From Pyrobaculum sp. (GTDB lineage Archaea > Thermoproteota > Thermoprotei > Thermoproteales > Thermoproteaceae), in contig JBKBOT010000025.1 of the NCBI GenBank assembly GCA_046293555.1, forward strand, positions 1 to 21,637: DNA of 21,637 bases. Direction: 5' to 3'. This document shows, piece after piece, positions 1 to 7,157 of this stretch (position 1 is its first letter; each line of letters begins with the position of its first letter). The position numbers and the translations under genes are program-made. Under the pieces are notes generated by a model. The model did not search any database and had not been told where the DNA came from. It was given only the letters and a program-made list of their open reading frames with translations.

Positions 1-865
1 CCCTCATGTCGTCTATGTTGACCTCGTCGCAGTTGTAACATGTGAAGCTTAGGCCATAGAGCCCATACCACGCGTGTTCTCTCACCAGCTTGGCCAGGTT
101 GTGTCTGTCGACCACCTCCGCGATATATGGCTTGATCGCCTGCCAGACGGCAGCCCTCACTTGCCTCAACCATCTTTGGTATTTCTCACGCGCCTCCTCC
201 TCCATTATGTACGCCTCTACGTCGTGTACGCGCCTCAACTCTGTGGACAACTCCTCTAGCTGTTTGTATATGTAGTATATGTAGTCTAGCGCTGTGGCGG
301 CCGCGCGCGCCTCTTTGTACAGCCTGCATAGCGGCGAGTCATCGCACCCATCCCCAACCACGTCCCCCAACAGCGACGCTATGAAAACAACTGAGTTCTT
401 CGCATCGTTTGTGTAACGTCCCTTTATTGCCATTTCGAGTAGGTCAAATTCCCTCTTGATTTCTGCCAACTTTCTCCGTAGGTATTTTTCCGCCCTGTCC
501 TTTTTTGCCTCCCGTATGATCTCATCCAGGATTGGCCGCGTCTTTGAGAACTTAACCGCTATGTCGTATATTGTCTCCTTGAGCTCTGACATCACCCCAT
601 CGATTTTGGTCAACGCCCAGCCGATAAGCTCGCTGACTTGATGTGAGTCTATGTGGTTGCTTAGATACATGACTTCAAACTTGTCTGAGATGTTGTACAA
701 CACGGCCTCCGCCAACTCAACGTCTTTGATATACGTGCCATACCCCCCGCGGAGCTTTCGTTTTAATTCGACCCACCTCGATGCCTTTTTTGCGATGTTC
801 CTCGCACGTGTGGAGATATCCTCTACCAGCTTGCGAATCCTTCCGCTACGCCTCTTGACGGCCAT
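1..865 (-). CDS. Distant, C-terminally extended member of the basic-tag helical protein family (3'-partial, runs off window)
   Basis: Not in the ORF track. Hand translation from ATG 865 is open to the window edge: MAVKRRSGRIRKLVEDIS...DDSPLCRLYKEARAAATALDYIYYIY...CYNCDEVNIDDMR. The basic N-terminus and the PL..LY...LDYIY segment resemble the family C-terminal block. Overlaps the upstream gene end by 20 nt. Confidence 0.8.
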   Translation of the reverse strand, partial: MAVKRRSGRIRKLVEDISTRARNIAKKASRWVELKRKLRGGYGTYIKDVELAEAVLYNISDKFEVMYLSNHIDSHQVSELIGWALTKIDGVMSELKETIYDIAVKFSKTRPILDEIIREAKKDRAEKYLRRKLAEIKREFDLLEMAIKGRYTNDAKNSVVFIASLLGDVVGDGCDDSPLCRLYKEARAAATALDYIYYIYKQLEELSTELRRVHDVEAYIMEEEAREKYQRWLRQVRAAVWQAIKPYIAEVVDRHNLAKLVREHAWYGLYGLSFTCYNCDEVNIDDMR

Positions 866-1619
866 TGTGTTTATACGCCCGTAGTTTTGCCGCAGCTTCA
901 GACAAACGCTCCATGTGGGTATATATCTGCCTCATGGCGGCGAGCATTTTCGACGTCACGTCGGCCTTGTGGTAAAGCACGGCGAATTTTTTCGACAGGC
1001 GCCACCTAGCCCGCTGCCCGTCATCGCCGCGTTCAAGCGATTTGATTATATCGCCTATCGCCCTCTTTATCTGCGGCAGGGTTGCGCCAAGGATCTCGTC
1101 CGCCGCGGCCATATCCCTATCGAGCATCTCCATCTGGCGGGCCAACACGTCGAAGTGTTTTTCCAGCTTCCGCATCGCCTTGGCCGTGTTTTCGGCATGG
1201 TACCTCTTAACCCCCTCCCAAATGGCCTTTGAGATGCCGCGCCACATCCTCAAAAGTCTATACACAGGCACCTGCGTAATGCCTTGTATGTTCCGCCTGA
1301 TGATGTCGATGCCGCTCATGACATCCCCCACCAGTCTGTCTACATACTCCACGTTTGTGTATAGAGTCGGGTCTTTATAAGCCTCCTCCAACCTCTTGAC
1401 GAGGTTGCCCAACACAACCCTCCACCACCCTGTGTACTTGTCCACAAGCCTGGCCGTTGCGTTCAAGACGGCAGGCGGGACGGACTCCTTCCACCCGCCA
1501 GTCAGTGCGCTATGTGCGACACGTGCCGCGGCGGCAAGCTCCCCAAGCCTCCGGCGGACCTCCTCAGACCTGTCGACATTCTCCCTCTTGCCCTTCCCCC
1601 TACGCCTCCTTACAGACAC
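846..1619 (-). CDS. Basic-tag helical protein family member (257 aa)
   Basis: GTG at 1619 is 32 nt from the promoter motif and gives MSVRRRRGKGKR. Family motif LEEAYKDPTLYTNVEYV. Confidence 0.85.
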   Translation of the reverse strand: MSVRRRRGKGKRENVDRSEEVRRRLGELAAAARVAHSALTGGWKESVPPAVLNATARLVDKYTGWWRVVLGNLVKRLEEAYKDPTLYTNVEYVDRLVGDVMSGIDIIRRNIQGITQVPVYRLLRMWRGISKAIWEGVKRYHAENTAKAMRKLEKHFDVLARQMEMLDRDMAAADEILGATLPQIKRAIGDIIKSLERGDDGQRARWRLSKKFAVLYHKADVTSKMLAAMRQIYTHMERLSEAAAKLRAYKHNGRQEA

Positions 1620-1638
1620 GTCTGCCAGCACACATGGC

Positions 1639-1651
1639 TTTATATACGTCA
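1639..1651 (-). promoter_or_regulatory. TGAYG-TATA promoter copy (TGACGTATATAAA)
   Basis: Matches consensus TGAYGTATWTAWA; GTG start at +32. Confidence 0.85.
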
Positions 1652-1696
1652 TCTTTTAACGATGGTTTTAATAACGCTGGTGTGTGTACATCTATA

Positions 1697-2179
1697 GTGA
1701 AGACCATAAGCAAGGCCGAGGACCGCTGCAATAAATTCGCCGTGGTTCAAGCTGGTGAAAAGTATTACTACGTGAGGAGTCCTAAATACGACATCTGTTG
1801 GGATATCGACGAGCCGCGTGTGTTCTCCAGGCTTGTGATCCCCATGCATACGCCATATGACGTCGCAGCGCTTGTGGAGGGCAACAACGAGGCCGTGAGG
1901 CGTGACCTACATGAGGTGGCGTCTAAGGTGGCAGAGGTCTTGGACATGGACGCAGCGGCAGTTACGACGTTTGTAGAGGAGGTGTTTAAAAACCCGCTTG
2001 GGGCCATCGGCGATTTCTCAGACATATGGCTCAAGGCAGTGTTAGCCGCCACAGACGAGGCGCGTTACCTCCACGAGCTCGAGCTGTTGAAGCTGGCGTT
2101 TCTACGCAGAGCGTTAAAATTAGTAAAAAGACGCGACGTTATGACTATAGATATGGTGAAAGCGTACTCTAGGGGTTAA
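1697..2179 (+). CDS. Hypothetical protein (~160 aa)
   Basis: 3' part of track ORF 1457..2179. GTG 1697 follows TTTTAATA (1666-1673); the upstream extension overlaps the opposite-strand gene. Start uncertain. Confidence 0.7.
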   Translation: MKTISKAEDRCNKFAVVQAGEKYYYVRSPKYDICWDIDEPRVFSRLVIPMHTPYDVAALVEGNNEAVRRDLHEVASKVAEVLDMDAAAVTTFVEEVFKNPLGAIGDFSDIWLKAVLAATDEARYLHELELLKLAFLRRALKLVKRRDVMTIDMVKAYSRG

Positions 2180-3107
2180 CGATTCTTTTCCTCCAAGTCT
2201 TTGTGTCAGGGTTGAACCGAAAGCCCATTTTTTTCAACGTCTCCACAGTCTCTCTGAACTTATCCTCCGGAAGCCCCCTGTTTATCCTCACCACAACCTC
2301 ATCATCTGCATATACGTAATCCACCGGGAGTTTTCTGAGCTCATCCTCCAAGTCTTTTCTCTCCCCTGTCTTGTCCACATTGAAGATATAGTAGTCTACA
2401 ACGTATGGCTCCCGCCTGCATAAAATACGCATGAAGTTGTCATAGTACAAAAAGCCACAACGTTTGAACATAACGCCAATTGCGTCTAATAGCCGCAACA
2501 ACGCCTTTGCATCGTATTTGTACTCAATTTCCATCTGTCGATTGCGGTCAAAAAACTTCGCGATGGTGTACTTCTCCACGCCTTTCTCCACCTGCTCTTT
2601 TACGAGGCTGCGGAGGGGTTCAATCTCTTTCACAACCTCGAATTTTACGGCTAGTTTTTCATGGTCGCTCGGCTCCTTTGTCTTCTCTGTGGGGTGAGAT
2701 GCGATTTTTTTCACCACGGCCTGTCTCCCGCCAGACGTGATCACGGCGTGGTCTTCATATGTAGCAACCTCGACCGGCCCCTCCCCCACGGCAGCCCTCA
2801 CCTTGTCCAAATCTATGTAGAACACATCGCCGTATATGTACTCCTCAAACGCCTTTATGTCAGAAAACGGAGATTCTGTAAATGCGACGATGGCGTATAT
2901 GTTGTCTCCAGACGTCTTGATCTGGAGTCCGTTTGCTGTAAACAACATCTTCGCCATGTTGTTCACCACAGCGGCCGCGTTGAGCATATCTAAAAACACC
3001 CCGCCGTCTCTATGCTTGGCGTAGCCAAGCACCTGTTGCCTTTGAATGGCGTCTTCCACACGTCTTGCGCTTCCTGCCTTCTTCCTACGTTTCTTCCTTA
3101 CAGACAC
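2169..3107 (-). CDS. Diverged PCNA (sliding clamp)-like protein with basic N-terminal tag and extra C-terminal domain (312 aa)
   Basis: DGGVFLDMLNAAAVVNNMAKMLFTANGLQIK...AFEEY...FYIDLDKV and YKYDAKALLRLLDAIG...VDYYIF follow the PCNA N- and C-terminal patterns by eye. C-terminal LKKMGFRFNPDTKTW module. GTG 3107 at +32 from the motif gives MSVRKKRRKK. Confidence 0.6.
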   Translation of the reverse strand: MSVRKKRRKKAGSARRVEDAIQRQQVLGYAKHRDGGVFLDMLNAAAVVNNMAKMLFTANGLQIKTSGDNIYAIVAFTESPFSDIKAFEEYIYGDVFYIDLDKVRAAVGEGPVEVATYEDHAVITSGGRQAVVKKIASHPTEKTKEPSDHEKLAVKFEVVKEIEPLRSLVKEQVEKGVEKYTIAKFFDRNRQMEIEYKYDAKALLRLLDAIGVMFKRCGFLYYDNFMRILCRREPYVVDYYIFNVDKTGERKDLEDELRKLPVDYVYADDEVVVRINRGLPEDKFRETVETLKKMGFRFNPDTKTWRKRIVNP

Positions 3108-3126
3108 ATCTTCCCACACCTAGATA

Positions 3127-3139
3127 TATATATACGTCA
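3127..3139 (-). promoter_or_regulatory. TGAYG-TATA promoter copy; its TGA is the stop of 3137..3907
   Basis: TGACGTATATATA; GTG at +32 (3107). Confidence 0.85.
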
Positions 3140-3907
3140 CGAAGCTTGCGAGGCGTCAACTTGGCGCAATAGCTCCTCCGCATATTTCTTCATATATCTA
3201 ACCTCTCCGTATATAAGCTGTAGGATGTCTAACACGGAGACGTGTGTATATGCCGACTTACATATATCATACAGCTTGACGTAGAGAGGTCCCTCTACCG
3301 TCTCCCCCCAGTGGTCTGGACTACAGATCGAGACATCCTTTGCGCCCATCGCCTCTACTAACCCCCACTCTATATTGTTTACGACCTTGTGCTTTATTTC
3401 CGCCACGATGCGTATGCCCTCCATCGCGTCCACGGAGCGCACCTTGGCCAACAGTTTTTCCACCTCGTCGAGGGCCTTCTCCATTTCCGCCAGCCGTATG
3501 CGCAAATGGTCTGGCTCCGCCACCTCCCGGGCCTCCCTCAAGGCTTGACGCACCCCCGCCAGCCATCTGTTTGTAGATGTGTACATCGCCCTCACCATTT
3601 CCCGCATTATGCGATCCGCAACATCGATTGTCTCCACAGCCAGCTGTCGTATGTAATCAACATCTCTATACAACTCTGGCGTGTAATACGCCCTCTCGAC
3701 CTTGTCTCGAAGCTGATATATCATGAAGTCCCACATGTCCATCTTACTGCCAAACCGCCTGCGCAACTCCCTGTATATTTCTGGAGACATCCGCTTGACG
3801 CCATCTTTGAAGAATTTCATCGACTCGATGGACTTATTTACCTCGTGAACCATCTTGTTAAACGCCTCGCGGACCTTCCCATAACGACGCCTCCTCTTTA
3901 CTGACAT
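3137..3907 (-). CDS. Basic-tag helical protein family member (256 aa)
   Basis: MSVKRRRRYGK; VERAYYTPELYRDVDYI; EGPLYVKLYDI; ATG at +32 from the motif. Confidence 0.9.
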   Translation of the reverse strand: MSVKRRRRYGKVREAFNKMVHEVNKSIESMKFFKDGVKRMSPEIYRELRRRFGSKMDMWDFMIYQLRDKVERAYYTPELYRDVDYIRQLAVETIDVADRIMREMVRAMYTSTNRWLAGVRQALREAREVAEPDHLRIRLAEMEKALDEVEKLLAKVRSVDAMEGIRIVAEIKHKVVNNIEWGLVEAMGAKDVSICSPDHWGETVEGPLYVKLYDICKSAYTHVSVLDILQLIYGEVRYMKKYAEELLRQVDASQAS

Positions 3908-3926
3908 ATGTGTCTACAACCACGGC

Positions 3927-3939
3927 TTTAAATACGTCA
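3927..3939 (-). promoter_or_regulatory. TGAYG-TATA promoter copy (TGACGTATTTAAA)
   Basis: ATG at +32 (3907). Confidence 0.85.
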
Positions 3940-3980
3940 TTTTTTTCGATGGCTTTATCTATGCGGATTTCTGTGGATAT

Positions 3981-4538
3981 ATGTCAAACCAAACCCCCCA
4001 GACCCAGTCTCAAGAGGACTATGTGGACATGGTGATACGTGTCTACAACGTAAGTTACGCTATCGATAGAATTGCAGAGGCGATTGGCAGATATACAAAC
4101 ATCTGGCACGTCACCTCTTTGCCCGAGGCGTGTGGCAAAGACAAAGAGCTGTGTGATAAGCTGGGCATCTACATTGGCCAGCCACCACGGGAGGGGGTTG
4201 TAACTCTCGATAAAACGAGAGGTATCTACTGGGATCCCAGAGCCATGGTTAAAAATGCTGCGATCTTAATGGCTGAAAAGCTCAGGTTTAACTTTGGCGA
4301 TGTCGTGCGTGGCATTGCATACCTGGCGTTTTTAAATGCGTTTAGAACCGCCCACCTCCTTACCCACGTCATACGCTTCTACCACTATCGCAGCAAAAGA
4401 AAAAAAGACTTTCACGCAGGCATCGCATTACAAATAATACGCCACCAGCTGAGACGTATGGACCCCGGGTTCAAACTGTTAGTAGCTCTAGACAGACGTT
4501 TCGCCACCTGGCTGGTCCGACGGGGGAAACTCCAATAA
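3981..4538 (+). CDS. Hypothetical protein (185 aa)
   Basis: Clean ORF; TTTATCTA begins 27 nt upstream of the ATG; a T-run follows the stop. Confidence 0.75.
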   Translation: MSNQTPQTQSQEDYVDMVIRVYNVSYAIDRIAEAIGRYTNIWHVTSLPEACGKDKELCDKLGIYIGQPPREGVVTLDKTRGIYWDPRAMVKNAAILMAEKLRFNFGDVVRGIAYLAFLNAFRTAHLLTHVIRFYHYRSKRKKDFHAGIALQIIRHQLRRMDPGFKLLVALDRRFATWLVRRGKLQ

Positions 4539-4564
4539 CCCTCTTTTTCCCCTCCCCCATCCCC

Positions 4565-4738
4565 TTGTGGGTCTTGGAATATATGGCATGACGCAACCCG
4601 GAGGCGCTGGCTGACGTCGTCGTGCCGCTGGCAGTTGACTTCGGCCCCCGCAGAAAGGCGGAGCCGGACGACGCGTATAGACGTGCCGTCGAGGCTGTGA
4701 GACGTACAGCGAAGGAGGTCGGCGTTGTGAGGGAGTAG
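4565..4738 (+). pseudogene. Possible gene remnant with an internal stop
   Basis: Frame reads LWVLEYMA*RNPEALADVVVPLAVDFGPRRKAEPDDAYRRAVEAVRRTAKEVGVVRE*. Protein-like, with TGA at 4589 and a T-run terminator after it. Confidence 0.35.
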
Positions 4739-4777
4739 CGACAGGCTTTGTGTCCCCCTTTTTTTGCTTCCGAAAAG

Positions 4778-4790
4778 TGACGTATATATA
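4778..4790 (+). promoter_or_regulatory. TGAYG-TATA promoter copy
   Basis: TGACGTATATATA; GTG at +32 (4810). Confidence 0.85.
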
Positions 4791-4809
4791 CCTCCATGTC
4801 TTACACCAC

Positions 4810-5100
4810 GTGCCACGTAAGGTTAGAAGGGCGAGGAGGAGGTACACGAAGGAGGTTTATAGAAACTGGGTGGTTATCGAAGAGCTAGACCCAGACGAGG
4901 GCCGTATGAGCTACGTAATCCACAGAGATGGCACTGTGGAAGTCCAAATCTCGCTGGAACGTACGACATATGTATATCGCGTGCCAAAAGAGTTGTTCGA
5001 AAAGGCCAAGACAATGAAGCCGAGGGAGTGGATCAAGCTGTTTTACAACTCGCCGCGTGAGTTTCAATACGGGAAATTCAACGGGGAGGTATTCTATTAA
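4810..5100 (+). CDS. Small basic-tag protein, tandem paralogue A (96 aa)
   Basis: MPRKVRRARRRY; shares YRVP.EL.EKAKTMKPREWI.LFY.SPR.F with 5188..5481. Confidence 0.85.
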   Translation: MPRKVRRARRRYTKEVYRNWVVIEELDPDEGRMSYVIHRDGTVEVQISLERTTYVYRVPKELFEKAKTMKPREWIKLFYNSPREFQYGKFNGEVFY

Positions 5101-5136
5101 GGAGTAGTGAGGGAAGTGGCTTAGCCTCGTCCCACC

Positions 5137-5144
5137 TTTTTTTT
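5137..5144 (+). terminator. Oligo-T archaeal terminator candidate
   Basis: T8 run between the stop at 5100 and the next promoter; similar runs at 4759-4765 and 10366-10372. Confidence 0.45.
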
Positions 5145-5155
5145 CTTCTGATTAG

Positions 5156-5168
5156 TGATGTATATAAA
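5156..5168 (+). promoter_or_regulatory. TGAYG-TATA promoter copy (TGATGTATATAAA)
   Basis: ATG at +32 (5188). Confidence 0.8.
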
Positions 5169-5187
5169 CTATTGTGTCTCCCTCCAC

Positions 5188-5481
5188 ATGTCACGTAGGG
5201 TTAGAAGGGTGAGGAGAAGATTTAGGAAATCAGAATATGAAAACGTAGTGCGCATCGAGGAGATAAACCCCTCTGGGTCTACTACGATATATAGAGTTTA
5301 CAACGGCGGTATTGTGAAAGTCTACACAACGGGAGGCGGACTGTATGAAATATATCGTGTACCAAGGGAGCTATATGAGAAGGCAAAGACAATGAAGCCA
5401 AGGGAGTGGATCGAACTGTTTTACAGATCACCACGGAAGTTCCTGGGTCATATAGGAACTGATGTATTTATTGATGAATGA
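5188..5481 (+). CDS. Small basic-tag protein, tandem paralogue B (97 aa)
   Basis: MSRRVRRVRRRFRK; paralogue of 4810..5100. Confidence 0.85.
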   Translation: MSRRVRRVRRRFRKSEYENVVRIEEINPSGSTTIYRVYNGGIVKVYTTGGGLYEIYRVPRELYEKAKTMKPREWIELFYRSPRKFLGHIGTDVFIDE

Positions 5482-5530
5482 CGTTTAAGTTACTACGTTA
5501 AAAATAATTTAAATACACACATCTTTTTAC

Positions 5531-5911
5531 ATGACCACGGTAGAGGGGGCTAAAACTGCCCCAGCACTGTGGCTTCCAGACATCTACGTACGACTGGCTG
5601 AGTTGAAACGACAGCTTCTGCCGTTTGTAGAGCTTGAAAGTTTGTTACGCGACGAAAGGCAAGTATCCGCATACCGCCACGCCATGGCGCACCACCCAGC
5701 CATCGCCGAGATGTATAACCTCCTCAAGGATTTGTATGTAAAGCTAGTCTATGCCGGCCTACATGATGCTGCAAATGAGATATACAAGCTCTACGACAGC
5801 TACGTGGTTAAGACCACATACCGCCTCGACGAAAGAGACCTCCCAGCAGGACTTACATTCGACACAATTAACGCGGTATACAATACGCTAAACAAATACG
5901 TAAAGTTGTAG
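5531..5911 (+). CDS. Hypothetical helical protein (126 aa)
   Basis: Clean ORF with AAAAATAATTTAAATA (ordinary BRE/TATA-like) just upstream. Confidence 0.75.
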   Translation: MTTVEGAKTAPALWLPDIYVRLAELKRQLLPFVELESLLRDERQVSAYRHAMAHHPAIAEMYNLLKDLYVKLVYAGLHDAANEIYKLYDSYVVKTTYRLDERDLPAGLTFDTINAVYNTLNKYVKL

Positions 5912-6115
5912 CTTCTCGCAGTTCCAATCCCTTCTTTTTCTTCTCTTCTCGAAATGCCGCCTTAGGTGACCATGAGTTCTACAGATCGGCATGCATGTAG
6001 TAACCACAAGGCACTGAACCCCTTTTTGCTTGATTGGAGAAAAAGGGGGTTTTTCGTTAACAGCCGCCCCAAACGGATGGCTGAAAATATTTATTTCTAA
6101 GTGTGTTTCCACAAC

Positions 6116-6400
6116 ATGAGCGATAAGGTCACCATTACGGTGAGGATACGTCGGGATCTCTACGAGAGGGTGGTGGAGCGGCTTTCCGAAGAGGGCAAGA
6201 CCATCGACGCCGTCGTCGAGGAGGCCCTTGCGCAATACGATGGGGAGGAGATTTTAGACAGGTTCTACAAGGCCCTCGGCCTAGAGAAGCGGGAATACAC
6301 AGACGCAGAAATTATTGCAGAAAGGCCCACCGGGCTAAAAGCCGAAGACGTCGTGAGAGAAATAAGAGAGGAGAGAGAAAGAAGAATCGTGAGGCGTTAG
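6116..6400 (+). CDS. Ribbon-helix-helix (CopG/VapB-like) antitoxin or regulator, orphan (94 aa)
   Basis: N-terminal VTITVRIRRDLYERV...GKTIDAVVEEAL RHH pattern; C-terminal AEDVVREIREER typical of archaeal VapB-type proteins; TATTTATT upstream. Confidence 0.7.
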   Translation: MSDKVTITVRIRRDLYERVVERLSEEGKTIDAVVEEALAQYDGEEILDRFYKALGLEKREYTDAEIIAERPTGLKAEDVVREIREERERRIVRR

Positions 6401-6410
6401 GGGCCGAGTT

Positions 6411-6516
6411 ATGGAGTTTGACACTGCTAAGACGTTATTCGCCGTGGGGCTTCATAGTGATACTTGTAGGCCACATATTTGCCATTATAGGCGCCTTTCA
6501 GCTCAAGGTTGTTTAA
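6411..6516 (+). pseudogene. Remnant of a small membrane protein gene (DUF996-like by recall)
   Basis: MEFDTAKTLFAVG followed, in a shifted frame, by FIVILVGHIFAIIGAFQLKVV*. Looks like the N- and C-termini of a hydrophobic protein joined by a deletion. Confidence 0.3.
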
Positions 6517-6533
6517 CCGCATCGCGAAAAAAA

Positions 6534-6563
6534 ACTGTAACCTTACGGCCATAAGGTGACAGT
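6534..6563. repeat. dif/lox-like inverted repeat (12-bp arms, 6-bp spacer); candidate recombinase core site
   Basis: ACTGTAACCTTA-CGGCCA-TAAGGTGACAGT, arms 11/12 complementary, ending about 65 nt upstream of the tyrosine recombinase start. Confidence 0.65.
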
Positions 6564-6627
6564 AGTACGACGGCTATTGCGACGTAGGGGGAGAGTTACG
6601 TTTATTTACATAAGGTAACTTGTTTAC

Positions 6628-7128
6628 ATGGGCAGGTGGGACAGAGGGGTGGACTTCGAGACCATGTACGTCCTCATTACGAGGAAAATGAAGCTGGACA
6701 AACGCAGCCGTTGTTACTTCGCAATATTGCTCACACAGCTGAGAAACGGAGCGCGTGTTAGCGAGGCGGTTAGGGCGTTTCAAACGTGGCTCCGCAGCGG
6801 CAGGGCTGAAGTGGAGGTGAAAGTAAGCAAGCGGAAGGATGTAGTCCGCCTCATAGTGATACCCACGGAGGTACTCGACATGAAGGCCGAATGTGTAGAG
6901 CTGGCAGTTGTAAACGAAAAAAAGCTTGTGGAAAGGCTAAAGGTGTTCGCAAAGCGGCGCCTCGGCGTAAATACCCACAGCCTGCGGTATGCCTTCATCA
7001 CGTATTTGTTGCGGCAGGGCGTGAGCCCCGCCATAGTGGCCAAGATCACACAACACGCCAAGCTGGACCACATCCTCACTTACACACAACAGAAGGCCGC
7101 AGAGGATTTATTAAGGCGGCTTGTGTGA
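6628..7128 (+). CDS. Tyrosine recombinase, catalytic domain only (166 aa)
   Basis: Catalytic residues R (NGARVSEA), K (SKRK), HxxR (THSLRYAF), H (TQHAK) and Y (ILTYT); no N-terminal core-binding domain. Confidence 0.9.
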   Translation: MGRWDRGVDFETMYVLITRKMKLDKRSRCYFAILLTQLRNGARVSEAVRAFQTWLRSGRAEVEVKVSKRKDVVRLIVIPTEVLDMKAECVELAVVNEKKLVERLKVFAKRRLGVNTHSLRYAFITYLLRQGVSPAIVAKITQHAKLDHILTYTQQKAAEDLLRRLV

Positions 7129-7138
7129 CGTATATATA
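7126..7138 (+). promoter_or_regulatory. TGAYG-TATA promoter copy; its TGA is the recombinase stop
   Basis: TGACGTATATATA; GTG at +32 (7158). Confidence 0.85.
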
Positions 7139-7157
7139 TCGGCACCATGGATTCGAC

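Noticed and set aside
1599-1619. Twin-arginine (Tat) signal peptides
   Set aside because: No RRxFLK consensus and no hydrophobic h-region after the basic runs.
6891-7157. 89-aa N-terminal extension of the 773-aa ORF overlapping the recombinase
   Set aside because: Shadow of the recombinase gene; the promoter motif and the paralogue alignment place the start at 7158.
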